A DNA stretch of 64,000 bases from Podarcis cretensis (lineage: Eukaryota): positions 100,254,001 through 100,318,000 of the forward strand of contig OX638149.1 of the NCBI GenBank assembly GCA_951804945.1, in the 5' to 3' direction. The number at the start of each line of letters is the position of its first letter. The first letter of the stretch is position 1. Of the stretch, positions 38,081 through 50,871 are shown piece by piece. A model generated the notes under the pieces. That model was given only the letters and a program-made list of their open reading frames with translations. It was not told the origin of the DNA and made no database searches. The position numbers and the translations under genes were made by a program.

Positions 38081-39004
38081 TACCTTATATTTAACAGGGA
38101 GCTATATGAACCAATGGTCTGACTCAGGTTAAGGTATAGGGACAACTATGTTTTTCTTTTATATATTTATCCAAAGAAAGAATCACTCTTTTATTGCACA
38201 GTAAACAAATACAGCATATAAGCAATGTATGTTAGAGCCTTCAATGGTATGTCATACTGAAAGTGGCAGAGCACACTAAGTGATGCAAAGTGAAGTGTTA
38301 ATTTTTCATCTATGAAATGCTAAATAGGATCTCCGACATCTGTTTCAGTATATCCCTTTCTGCATGTGATCTGGGATTAGCATGTTCAAACTTCTGTCTA
38401 GCCAATGTGGAAGGGGTTGCCACATTGGCATATGGGGTGTAAGGAGACTGAAGAAGAATACTAACTTCCTCAGCACTACCAAGATGGCCATAGTTCCAGT
38501 TAAATTGATGAAGGAGTAAATATTATACCAATTCCTTTCCCCTTATACATACTCTCAAAATATTCGCCAGAGGTGTTCTGCTGGTAAATTCTCATGGATT
38601 TAGCAACAAACTAGTTATCTGTGCAGTGTGTGTGTGAAAATCCCCAGTCCTTGCAATGAGATTTTCACAGAATGATGGAGCTGGAAAGAATTAGGGTTAG
38701 AATCATTCAGTCTAACGGGCCTTCCTCTTTAGGAGCCTCCTACTTTTTTCTAACTCCACAGATGCAACAGAATGAAGTGTAGAGGCCTATGCTGGTAGAA
38801 TGGATGGTATGATTTCAGAGTGAAGGTGAAGGACCACATTTTGAATGCTTCTCTAGGGGGAAAAAACTCTCTCAGCAGATAGAAAACTAGTACAGTTACA
38901 TGCAGGCTAAGATGGAATGTTTTCTTCTGATGCACTGGTTTCGCTTCGTTTCAGTGGGGAATATTTATGTGGAAGAGCATTCCAAAAATGTAACCCCCTA
39001 CCTC

Positions 39005-39133
39005 ACGGATAGCCAATGTGGTGTCTTCTAGAAGTTGCTGGGTTGCAACTCCCACCATCCCTGACCGTTAGCCATTGTGGCTGGGGCTGAAGGGAGCTGC
39101 AACATCTGAAGTGCACCACATTGGCTAGTCCTG
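39005..39133. mobile_element. Degenerate palindromic hAT MITE; similar relics at ~6840-6945, 15122-15240, 45070-45140 and 53430-53540
   Basis: AGCCAATGTGGTG...CAACTCCCA...GGGAGCTG...CACCACATTGGCT fold-back, with the same core as the 29835 and 50456 copies. Confidence 0.6.
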
Positions 39134-39267
39134 CCCTAACTGTATCCTCAAGTACGTAGTGCCTTCTGTTCTGCTACTTCAACATTCGTCCACCCCACTT
39201 TGTGTCACATGTGTTGGCAAGCCCATAGAGACTAATACAAGAAATCCAAACCAAAGCATGCCACATC

Positions 39268-39290
39268 AAAAAAAAAAAAAAAAAAAAAAA
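39268..39290. repeat. Poly(A) tract
   Basis: About 23 consecutive A. Confidence 0.95.
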
Positions 39291-40192
39291 GCTACAAGCT
39301 GAGAAAACTCAGGCTGTTCAATATTTGGTAAAGCAATAACCCAGCAGACCTCTTAATTTTAAACATTTCTAGTTATTTGTCCAATAACATAGTTGTCTTA
39401 AAATTATGTTCTCTTCGCACAGTACATGTTTTACATTGAGCGACAGATGATTATTATCCACATTCTGATATTCAATATAAGTTAAATAAATAGACTGAAT
39501 TTTTTTAATCCTTCCTAGAGAATACAACTTTACACATTCATGATTTTCAAGCAGAATGATGCAATTTTAAATACGTTTTTTGAGACAAATGGGCTGTGAA
39601 CTGACGGTTTCTGCTGCATTCTTTATTTAATATATTGGAAAATATAGTTGAAGTGAAAGCACAATTGTGTGCCCTTGAGACTTATTAAACATAAGGAACT
39701 ATCATCATCATCAACAACAACAATGGCTTTTTATATGTCTATTAAATATGTTTTCCCCATAAAGTTTATTTCCTTTGCTTTAGCCTTAGGAGCACACAAA
39801 AATAGAAGATTTTTTTGCCATAAATAAGTTTTAGAAAAATATGCATGGTTTTAGAAAAACACACAATGTGTTGTCTAATTTTAGGAGGGAGGATTTGATA
39901 GATGTTATGTGAGCTATTGGAGGAAATGACACTGTAATGGAATTCTTGTGTAGCTGCATACGTATTACATTTTCTGCACATCTTTTGGCAAGTCCGTAAT
40001 GAATCAATGAATTTAAACACTACAATACTTTAAGAACAGTGGATGAAATCCAGCATGTTCCTTAGTGATATGTGTGTGTCCTTTGATTTTTGCTTTTTTG
40101 GGGGGGGAAAATGTTGTTTTACCAAAGTATTTCTGCAGAGCTGTTCACTTGGATGATTGATTATGTATAATTTTGCATGTTTTCCCTGGAAG

Positions 40193-40326
40193 GTGTATGA
40201 GGCAGTCCCATGTTACAGTGAATGCAATCAGTATTCCTGGATAGCAGAACCATGGTCTCCTTGCGAAATCAACAGCGAGCTAAACTCCCTGCACTGTGGT
40301 GAAGGAATACAAACTAGAAAAATAAG
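40193..40326 (+). CDS. THSD7B: Internal coding exon of thrombospondin type-1 domain-containing protein 7B (134 nt, phase 0 to 2): VYEAVPCYSECNQYSWIAEPWSPCEINSELNSLHCGEGIQTRKI(R)
   Basis: Acceptor tttccctggaAG at 40191-92 and donor GTgagt at 40327. The frame is open with TSR motifs (WxxxxWSxC, CGxGxQxR). It matches recalled vertebrate THSD7B (VPCYSECNQYSW) and is in phase with the next exon. Confidence 0.95.
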
Positions 40327-40855
40327 GTGAGTAGATATAAAAACAGTAGGTTTTGAACAGAAACATTAAGAAACTGAACTCTATAGACCCACAACCAGCC
40401 TTTGTAATGCTTTTCTATGTGATGAGAAATGTGCCTTCATCTTTCTACAGCCATTTCTAGAGTTCTGGAATAGCCTTTCTGGTCGATATTGTAGAAGAGA
40501 TGCATGAAATAATGCTGGTCTGTAGGGCGAGAACCCTGTCCCAAATGGTGTGAACACATCTCTACTTTCAGTAGCAGAACTTTATTCAATTAATTGTAGC
40601 ATTTCTACACAGTGTGCTTAATATTGCCTTTCACCTTTTCTGCTTCCGTACAAGAGGCATATGGCAAAAAACAAATATTCTGAGAGGTAATAAAATGATA
40701 AAGCAGTCAGAAATTCTGTGTCATGAATATAAATGCATGCACAGACCACTTACAGCACTACAAAAAAATTGTTTGTTGTTGTTTTTTTTAAAAAAAGACT
40801 GATTTAATCTCTTTGTTCTTGATGGGATGCTCACTTCACATTTTCCCCTCTGTAG

Positions 40856-41009
40856 ATGTATAAATACCACCGAAGACGGCAGTGGCGAGTCTGTAGCCAA
40901 CATGCTCTGTAATCAGTCCGAAATACCCCTTGAAAGACAAAAGTGTACCCTCTACTGTCCCAGTGAGTGTGTTGTATCTGAGTGGGGTCGCTGGAGCCAG
41001 TGCCCAAAG
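40856..41009 (+). CDS. THSD7B: THSD7B internal exon (154 nt, phase 2 to 0): CINTTEDGSGESVANMLCNQSEIPLERQKCTLYCPSECVVSEWGRWSQCPK
   Basis: Polypyrimidine tract plus tgtAG at 40854-55, donor GTaaat at 41010. Lies within ORF 40827..41081. Has the CxxSEWxxWSxC TSR start. Confidence 0.96.
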
Positions 41010-41422
41010 GTAAATTACTTCTCTGTATTTCAAACTCTTGGCTATTTTCTAAATTACATGTTTGTCAGTATAAAGTATTAGGAACTTACCTTTTGCTGTT
41101 CAGATAGGAAACCTGCTGAAATAATACCAAGTGAAAAGATACAAGGAGATATTCTAGGAGAAAAAAACACTGATTACTTATTTTCTCTGATAAAAATGTC
41201 ATTATAGGATACTCATTAAAGCCTAGAAGCAAAGATGCTGCTTTGGAGATTTTTGTTTTGCTTTAAAAAAACCAAAAAAGATTGTCACTTAATGTGTGTG
41301 ACAAGATAGCTAGGTGGATACAAAGCTTGGTGCAAAGAAATACAAAGAGGTTGTTGCAGCGGAGACAGCATGTGTGCTGCAAATTGAACAGGAGCACAAA
41401 CTCTCTCCATGTTACCATTTGA

Positions 41423-41653
41423 GGGTAAAGGTAAAGGGACCCTGACCGTTAGGTCTAGTCGCGGATGCCGTTTACCTTCCCGCCACAGTGGTACCTATTT
41501 ATCTACTTGCACTTTGACATGCTTTTGAACTGCTAGGTTGGCATGAGCTGGGACTGAGCAATGGGAGCTCGCCCCATCGCGGGGATTCAAACCGCCGACC
41601 TTCTGATCAGCAAGCCCTAGGCTCTGTGGTTTAACCCACAGCGCCACCCGCGT
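41423..41653 (-). mobile_element. Sauria SINE, internally deleted
   Basis: (ACCTTT)n tail seen as GGTAAAGGTAAAGG, body CCGTTTACCTTCCCGCC...GGTACCTATTTATCTAC...GAACTGCTAGGTTGGCA, and a tRNA-like head (TTAACCCACAGCGCCACC; B-box region GGGATTCAAACC). Confidence 0.88.
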
Positions 41654-44589
41654 ACAGTACAATTAATATACCCAGTGGTTGGATAGCCAAAGCCAAACCA
41701 AGAATTTGTTATGTTCTTGCCATTAAACTTGGCCCACTGAAGTATTTTGAAATCTCCCACCTGGAAGAGTTTTGTATGCTGCTGTTAAATACAATGTAGT
41801 CAGCTGGAAACTATGTGAAGGCAGATATCTACAACAGTGATTTGGTTTACGCATGGGCACTGCCACCCATGTAAAAACATTATCATAAATGCAACCTTTG
41901 TTTGGAAATGAGTTTTCAGCTATTCCACCAGTCCTGTTTGATGAATATAATAATCATATTTCCTCAGAGCCCAAGCTAATGAATGAGCTGAGAATCCAGG
42001 CATCTCTAAAGGGTAAATTGGTAAAAGTACTAATTAGTGATGCAGGTACTCTCCTGTGGCATACTCGTTGGCCAAAGGATTAGTGTGAAGACACACATAT
42101 TGACAATTTGATGAGGATTGTCATAAAGAACATTTAAGAATTAGCTAGCATTTGGTAGGTTCAATAGCTACTCCTTTATTAATTATTATGGAGAGGTATC
42201 TTGCAAATTAGTTTCCCCTCCTTATCTATAACCTATTTCTTAATTTTTTCTTATTCCTTTGTTACAGCTGCCACCAAGTACTAGTACCGTCTGTTTTCTA
42301 TTTCAGTTTAACCACCAGTATGTACTTATGGATAAGCATAGTGCAAAGATCTGAATATGAAATACAAAGTAGATTTAGTTTATTTATAACAGTTATGAAT
42401 ATAAATATATACTGTTTGTATGCACAGGTGCTTCATAATTAGATTGCTCCTTTTTGTTATAGTTGCTTTAAATAAGAATGCTTACACTGTATGGTTACTG
42501 TCACTATAGTAAATACAACCAAGGGGTCCTTAAGACAATAGTTATGTGAGTTTCCATTCCTTCCTCTATCCAATTTCCCTGTATTAATCCACCTCAGTTA
42601 ACACTCAGCAACCAGTCACTGTGGACTATACTTGCAGTCTTCAGTCAGGTCCACAGTTTCTTCCCTCTGTAGTCTCTCAGGCCTCTCTTAGGACATCTGC
42701 TGCAGTCTTCCCTCTGCCCCAGGTTTTCAGCAATTCCACTGGCACTTAGCTGCAGAACTCTTCTGAAGGCTGCCCTTGGAGTTGAACAAACCTCCTTCAG
42801 CTCTAGCCAGTGATGTCTGCTCTCATCTCCTCTCAGGCTTCAATAAGCCTCTCTGAGCCACTTCTTTAAGTCCTTCTATTTCCACTGTATGAGTCCAGCT
42901 ACCAGCTGAGCAGCAGCCTCTGTCAGTAACTCCCTATATTTTGACCAGACCCTGGCCTTTTTATTATCTCTAGCCAGGACCACCCAAGGCAAACATTTCA
43001 ACTTGAGTGGAATTCTGCCCCCTCGTGGGCCTGTGAACTATAATAAGTATGTACTTGGCAAGCTCTATTTCTCACTGTATTGGGCATTATTTTATTTTAT
43101 TTTTTTGGCTTCCTCCACCCCAGAATGGTCTTTTTTTCAATGACTGGGAGGGTGAGGGAAACCAATCATTGTAAATCTCTGTGTAGTACCAATATCATGG
43201 ATATGACATTGTGCAAGTCTAATGAGGAAAAAAAACCACATTGTTGATATAAACATACTTCAGCAAAGGCAAAAATAGCCATGTGTTGGTCTGGGGAAAA
43301 ACTGTTTTAAACAAAAATGTTTCGAATGTGCCAGCAATAAATTGGCTGAGTTTGTTAAAGCTGACAGTATATGAGATTTGCTATGTGGTGCTACATGTAC
43401 AATCTGCTAATCAGGTTGCAGCTTTTCTTCTCTACAACTGCTCAGTTACAGAATTTTAGTATTTAGGGTGGTGCAGAAGGTCTGGGACTCTGATGGTTAA
43501 AGATTGGGTCATGTGGAGAAAGGGATAACTGCCCTTTCCTCATGTGACCAATTACAGCCCTATCAGGGCCTTACACTCTTGCTATTTAAATAATAAAAAT
43601 CAGATGCATCAAATTCATACACACATTTAACATATCATCCATCTTGGCCCTACCTATGCCACATTAGTATAGTTGTTTCTTGTATTATTTATAATCTAGT
43701 CAAATATTCCATTTCCTTCTTCCTACCAAAGGACCAGCTGGGGAATTCTTCTATCCAGACTGGATGCACATCTTGTCTGTTTCAATAAACATTGGCAAAT
43801 TAAAGCGAAGCACCTTTTTCTTCAGAGGCTTCATATTAATTCCAGTGACAATGGTGTGTTCACACATCATCACTTGATTGCTTCTTATTCACAAACAACT
43901 GAAAGGCTATCGTCTCCCCTTAAATATTCACCATTGAAGTAACATAGCAGTACCTGTCGTGTCCTGACTCCGTCTTCATCTGACTTGGAAATGTAATTAA
44001 TTGACTTCAGTTGAATTCGTCAAAGCATTCTTAAACTGAGCTTAATATGCAAGTTGCGCTACAAGTCCCTGAAATAATTATCTCAGATATATTGCATCAG
44101 CTGTCAGCTTTCTTGCTTGCAACAATTGATAACCCCAATAGCAGATCTGAGTGGCCTCCTTGTTCTCAGCAACTGTTAACATTTACAGTAGTTAATTCAG
44201 GAGGGTTTGATAACAGTTCATTTAATTATGTAAATTTATAGCACAAGGAACAGAATGAAAGAAGAAATGCTACTGTTCCTTGTGGATCAGCCACAGCTTC
44301 GTGGACTTATATGCATATCAAGTAGGCTTAGATTTTCATAAATCAGATATAAGTTCCTGAATTATTTGATGGATGACTCTGAAAACAGAAGAAAGACACA
44401 GGTTCACATGTCAGTGGTTTGTTTTTGTTTTTTTTACTGCATCCCCTGGGTATTTTGGGTCATAAATCTGAATTTTTCCAAACTGAAACGAGATTAGTAG
44501 CTTAATTCGTTTTCTTAAATATCACTTTTACAGAGTCACTTGAATGGCTGTGGCACTGGAACTTACAAACAAACAGCAAAAATAGTATA

Positions 44590-44814
44590 CAGTGGTACCT
44601 CGGGTTACATACACTTCAGGTTACACACTCCGCTAACCCAGAAATAGTGCTTCAGGTTAGAACTTTGCTTCAGGATGAGAACAGAAATCGTGCTCTGGTG
44701 GCGCAGCAGCAGCATGAGGCCCCATTAGCTAAAGTGGTGCTTCAGGTTAAGAACAGTTTCAGGTTAAGTACAAACCTCCGGAACGAATTAAGTACTTAAC
44801 CTGAGGTACCACTG
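44590..44814. mobile_element. Tc1/mariner-superfamily MITE, subtype B
   Basis: TIR CAGTGGTACCTC...GAGGTACCACTG, TA TSD, 225 bp. Homologous to the copies at 54528 and 57589. Confidence 0.9.
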
Positions 44815-44816
44815 TA

Positions 44817-44950
44817 CTCAGGAGGGCATAAGACTCTTAATCTCAAGGTCATGGGTTCAAACCCCACCTTGGGCAAAATATTCCTGCACTGCAAAGGGTT
44901 GTACTAGATGACCCTCGAGGTACATCCAACTTTAAAATTCTGTGATTCTA
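44817..44950 (+). mobile_element. tRNA-Lys-derived SINE with CR1-like tail; 5' end abutted or interrupted by a MITE
   Basis: GACTCTTAATCTCAAGGTCATGGGTTCAAACCCCACCTTGGGC, then CTAGATGACC and an ATTCTGTGATTCTA tail. Confidence 0.82.
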
Positions 44951-45323
44951 GGTTTGCTGCAGGAACTAATGCGACACTTATGCTGCAATATGATCCTGTT
45001 CTTGGAAACATTTCCCAGGAAACCTCTATGCCTCTCTCATGCTCAGTTATGGCAGTCACAGCTTATGGCAACCTTCCCTAGGTTGGTGGCCTGCAGAGAT
45101 TTGGGACTACAGCTCCCATCAACCCCAGCCAGCTTGGGAAAGGCTGCACCATTGGTCTCTATGGCTCCTATAATCCCCAAAGATCTATTATTCCAGCCTT
45201 TTCTCTTTCCCTGAAGAAAATGCAGCAACATGCTTTGGGGTTCTTGCACTGAGGATAAAACCTAGCATTGATCCAAAAGGAAAGATTGCTGTAATGTATT
45301 TCTAGAGTTCTTTCACTGCCTCA

Positions 45324-45349
45324 GTGTGTGTGTGTGTGTGTGTGTGTGT
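45324..45349. repeat. (GT)n microsatellite
   Basis: Seen directly. Confidence 0.95.
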
Positions 45350-47929
45350 ACACATACATATACACGTTCACTATTATAAGTATTTTGTAAGACATTTACC
45401 ACACATGTAGGTACTTCTTCAACACAAGCTGCATATGCATGTGCATGATCCTATAAAATGTGATTGTCCTGGGACCAGATTACATGAAAGATCGCCTCCT
45501 GTCATATGTATACCTACCTAAATCTTAATAGTGGGGCTTTCCCCGACTTATTCCAAACAGCCCCTGAAATTGGTCCCAGGGGAGGGTCAGGAGAACCCCC
45601 AGAACAGTGTGTGGAGGAAGCAGGGATGGGGTTGTTTGATCTAGCAAGTTGCAATGTCTGTGCAGAAAGAACAATTGGGAGAGTTTGGTATTGAATTCTA
45701 CGTGTTTTTCTATTTTATTTTAATCGTGATATATTGCATTTTTCTTACTACAATATACAAATATACAAATTGAAAGAACAACAATAAGCAAGTAAAACAG
45801 ACACTATCCAAAGCTCCATGCAATTTCAGTGTACCCAAAGTGCTTCACATTGGTCCCATTCCTAATGGTGGAGCCTTTCTTACAACAGAAAAATATTGGG
45901 TGATCTCCACCCAGGCAGAGCTCTGTGGATTTGGGCAATTGAATAGAAGTATGTTTCATTCATTTCAGTGGAAGCTACTTCTGTGTAAGTGACTGTAACT
46001 GCAATTGACATGTAATAAAGCACAATTTTTGTCATGAAGATTGCAAAAGTATTAATATTAGTCCACTCTTGGCCAAACACAATATTAATAAATGTTATAT
46101 AGTAACACTGAAAAGCTTGAATATGAATAGATTTTCTGTCTCACACATATATACCTGTCCTTTGGGTAAGATTTGCTTTTTGCTGGGACCCAGGAAAGTT
46201 CAAAATGCCATTATAGATTTGACTGTGGATCTATTTTTATTTTTTTATTTATTTGTTAAAAACCAGAGCTCATGTTGTAAATAGCTTATGAAATTGTTAC
46301 ACTGGGTGTTCACATCTGCATGCAGATTGTTTTGTATGGTTCATTAAGCAGTTAGAAGTGGTCAAATCCCTTCTCTGCAAAAGCATTTTCTGCAGCACAA
46401 GCCTTGACTTGCACATTTCATTATGAATAGCTTGTTAAACATCATGTTCCTGGTTCCATATGCAAGCATTCCAATAAATTGCAGGGACAGTGAGCATTCT
46501 ACAACCTTTGTAGCCAGCAGTTGAGAGGGCTTTGTGAAAAACTAGACAGAGAAGAATTACAGATTGCTCACAGAGAAGGTATTTAGATAGTACTGTACAC
46601 AACACATCAGTACTTAAAGAGCATTTTTAGGTAGATCTCTTTCCTCACAAATGTACTTCTGGTGTTTTCTCTATTTGGTCCCCAAACATATTTCTGGGTT
46701 AAATCTTGCAGTGTGTGTGTGGTAAAACATGACTAATTAATTGGGGCAGCTGGCAACACATCATGTTCATGCATGAAAAGATGATCACTGCATGTACCAA
46801 TGTGGAGCTACTCAATATGGTGGCTTTGATAGGGCCAGGGAAGTCCTCTTCTGCAGAGGAGCTGCAATGCATGTGGCTCCAGTGTGTGGTCTCAAGACTC
46901 ATGAGTAAACAGGTCTGGATCTGGTCAGTGTCTGGATGAGTGAGCACCTGTGAGTCACATGTACAGTGCCTTGGGTTCTATGATAGAATAAAAGTGGGAT
47001 ATGAATGTAAGGTAACAACAAACAATGCATTGGTATGCACAGAGAGTCCCTTTAGACATGTGCCGAATGCACAGTTGGTGGGAGCACACCTGTTAGGCAC
47101 ATTGGTGATGAGACTCGCTCACATAGCCCTGTAACCACTACCACTACCACCCTACAGTTAAACAAACTTGGCATGTTCCATGTTTGAATGAATAGGGCTT
47201 CCCCCCAATCTTTCTGCTCAGTTACTTGCACCCCAAAACAAACTGGGATATTAAAACTAGTCACTGTATGCTTAAGCATGCGATCCAAATGTATATCAAA
47301 ATCCACATTTGAAGTAGCACTTGGAGATTTCCCACAAGCTCTCTCACTTCTTTGAAGGTTACTTCAAGATGTTTGGCTCTCTAGCATATATAGAAATGCA
47401 GGTGTGCAGGTGAATTTTTTTGAGGTTCCATAATTCTTCCTGCAACCCCAGTAACAGGCCTAGTAAGAATGCCAGTGTTGTTTATTTTAGTGATGGTATT
47501 CAAAAAGTGTTGCATTGTTACTGTGTTTTAATTTCCCCCCACTTCTGGTGTCTGATGGTAATAAGCTACCACCAGACACACCTAAAGAGCAGGAAAGCAA
47601 CTTTGTTCAAAGCGGCACTCACCTTGCAAACCATTAGCGACTATGCCTCACTGTCAAGGTGTTTTTCACCTGTCCTGCCCCAGCTTGGGGTCTTCAGAAG
47701 GAGCAGCTGTTCCCTATGTGTGTTTTCTCTCTCACACACACTCAAACACACTTTTGTGGGGAGTGCCCTTTGCCTTCTGTCAGGAACATGGATGTATTGG
47801 GCTTTTAGTCTTTCTATTTTTCAGTTTTAAAAGTTGAGATTTTGTTGTCTTAATTTTTTCTGATTTGCTCCTTTTCCTTGAATTTTCTTTTTCTCCATGG
47901 AACCGTTGTCAGTGCATGTTTTCATGTTA

Positions 47930-48200
47930 AAGAAGCCAGAAGTGGTCATTCAGCAGCTGGGCCCTCTCTCCTTCCTGCAGCACGATGATTGATTTTAACA
48001 AAGCAAAGCAAATGCAGTAGAGCCTTAATTGGGAGCACCTAGCGAGATACTTCTCTTTGATTTTTATTGGCAAATCATTTATGCTACAGTTCTTGCCTGC
48101 AAGGACAAACAATCAGATTAATTGCATGAAAGGTAATAAACGATTCGTAAACACTTTGCAATGGGATTAGTTTTCAGGTAATTAAGAGTAATGGCTTACC
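47930..48200. promoter_or_regulatory. Candidate intronic developmental enhancer / conserved non-coding element
   Basis: Non-repetitive stretch dense in PBX-HOX, posterior HOX, SOX, FOX and OTX/PITX-type motifs. Conservation not tested. Confidence 0.35.
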
Positions 48201-50455
48201 TTAAATGTATCTGGGTGACCATACCCCAGGTAGCAGCAGAGGTTTCAATAAGGTTCCTTTCTGTGTGAAATTATACCACAAGGTGATAGATAACTGTAAG
48301 CACCTGATGGCATTTGCTTAACTGGGAGAACAGGGGCCTGCATCTCCCTGGCAGCTCTCCAAGAGCTATCCAACACTTGGAACCAGCCTCTATTGTCTGT
48401 CTTGCTTTTCTTATAGGGTAGGGTGCAGAAATATATGCACTGCAGTCAGCTGGAGCTGTGCCAGAAATATATTGGGCTAAAGCCACAGCAGAATTTAACT
48501 TCTGAGCTGTAATGGCTCAAGCCTTCAGCTGAATATTCAGGAGGAAAAATGAGTCTGTTCTCATCCTCTGACTCTGCCTGTCTCTTCTTCTCAAGTTCTG
48601 CCTTTGATGACAGCTACAAGGCAATAAAAGCATGTGCTCTTTAAAAAAATAAAAATAACACTTCTGCCTCTGTAGTTAATGAGCTTTTAAATAGGAAAAA
48701 TAGAACCCTCAATGTGATTTATGGAAGGACGTTGCTGAAAGAATCCTCAATATTTGGGGGGTGGGGGAGAGAGTATTTGTGTTGTTCTTGTTACAGTACT
48801 TGCCCAGCTCATGGCACTTAAAAAAAAAGTCCTTTGATTTCCTTTCCCCCACCCAGTGAGCAGGCACAAGCTCATTACCATCAGTTAAATATAATCAAGG
48901 CTATCTAACTAAACTTTTTATGTGGATTTTATTTCAGTATTTAGAAGCATCTCTCCCCTGCTCTACTCTGCATCACTTGTCTCATTTCACTTCACTTGGA
49001 ATCAATAACAGTGCTGCTACTGATGTCAAACGGTCTAGAATTTGCCACTATTTTATGGCATAATTCTGCCATTCTTAATCACTTAAGTAACCCCCATTAG
49101 CCCCAGTGTCACTACCATCATGATGGAGTGTAGTGGGTTAAGACACTTACAAGTGTATGCTGACATAATTGCCCTTTATGAGCTTCCGAAAAGCTATTGA
49201 ACTACTGGAGTTGCTGCCTATTCACTTGGCCGCTGCTCAGAGGTCCCCATGCAATTGTGTCCTGGGGCAGACAGGGACATGTTGCATTCCTCATCTTCTT
49301 ACCCCAGCCGACGGGCAAGATCTCTCATGGCCAGTCAAGGGGTCATCTGCAAAATGTCTCATCCTACAACAAGGTACTCTGAGGCATAACCATGTTTAAC
49401 AGGACAATCAGCTTAATATTTTGTATACAGCAATAACAAAGAATTCTCCATTTCTCGGCGTGTTTGATTGCAATAGTAGCAGCAGGAAGCAGCAATTCTG
49501 TACAGGTTGCTTGGAAGCAATTCTGACTGTGTTTGGTGCATCTCAACTTCTTTTTCAGTGTGTTAGGGTTGCTGCTTTTGTTGAAGAGAGTGCCATATAA
49601 TGAGATAGGTTAGTCTTAGGTAGGTGCACTATACCTGTTCTGAATCTGCAAAGTAGCTGGTCGTTAAACCACATCAGTGAACTTTAGCTGGCCTTCCTCC
49701 GATGTGGCTGGCTAAGAAACATTTGTAGCATTTACACCTTCCCCACATGGGCACATATCCTCTCTCAAGGTAACGAAAAGAACTGGATTATTCCCATTTC
49801 ATCCAAGCCACATTCCCAAGGGTGCCACATATGGTCTGACACCCAATACTGCTTGCAATATTCATCTATTTATGAGTTTAAGAAACTATTAATTGAACTT
49901 TATGTACATTAAATCAGTAACAGTATGACATGTTCAGTCTGCCAGCCTTCCCCCAACCCACAGCCATGTGAAACTTTCATGTCTCAGTTTCTCTTTCTTA
50001 GTTCATCTCCTGAAGAAAGCCTTAACTGGGGAGGTTTACTAGTTCCTCATTTACGTAGTAGGAAAAGTGTATCATTTTAATGGTAATGGTTATAATAGCT
50101 AGAGTTTTGGCTCCTTCCAATCTAATAGTTCTTTGCTTACATATATTCATTGCTAGAAAAAGTAGGCACATGCATTGAGAAAATGAATTTGATTTGTTTA
50201 ACAGGGTCAGTGGTCAATGGAACTTGATTTGAGTCTATTGTCTTCCTGCTGATCGGGTTGGAACATATTTGCAACTTCTAACACACATTACTTTTCAATA
50301 AATCTACATCCAATTTTCTTTTACACTAAAAGGCTGTTATTTTTTAAAAAAAAAATGTGTGTGTTCTATTGCTGTCTGACTTTTATAGAAATGTGACTTC
50401 TTACTGATTTTTGAGAATGATGGGAGATGTTTTCTGAGGCAGACACCATCTAATA

Positions 50456-50592
50456 CAGGCATCCCCAAACTTGGCCCTCCAGATGTTTTGGGACTACAAT
50501 TCCAATCATCTATGACCACTGGTCCTGTTAGCTAGGGATGATGGGAGTTGTAGCCCCTAAAACATGTGGAGGGTCAAGATTGGGGGTGCCTG
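50456..50592. mobile_element. Palindromic hAT (Charlie-like) MITE
   Basis: TIR CAGGCATCCCCAA / TTGGGGGTGCCTG and a perfect 8-bp TSD ATCTAATA at 50448-55 and 50593-600. Near-palindromic body. Confidence 0.9.
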
Positions 50593-50871
50593 ATCTAATA
50601 CCATCAGGAATCCCAGTCCTTCTCTAGTATAGCATGGAAAGTTGATGAAAGAGAACAGATGTAGCATTTCCCCCTATTGCTAGAGAATTTGATGAGCAGA
50701 TTTGATGGGGAATACAAGAGAATATTCCATTGACTGTTTCTGTTCACAAGCAGGTATAACACAGTCCTTTCCCTCTACTTAGGATATCACTCAAGATCTG
50801 CTAACAAAAATTCAAATACACATCTTTCAACATATACCTTTAATCTTTATCTTAACTCTTTTCCCCCCTAG

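Larger units (their letters stand above)
1..40192 (+). other. THSD7B: 3' part of a very long THSD7B intron (>40 kb)
   Basis: No TSR-coding exon was found upstream of 40193. The first exon seen is internal, with an acceptor site and no start codon or signal peptide. Confidence 0.8.

Noticed and set aside
42540-43040. Possible solo LTRs (also ~9530-9830, 10735-10960, 28565-29260)
   Set aside because: The composition is LTR-like, but no confident TG...CA ends with 4-6 bp TSDs could be defined by eye.
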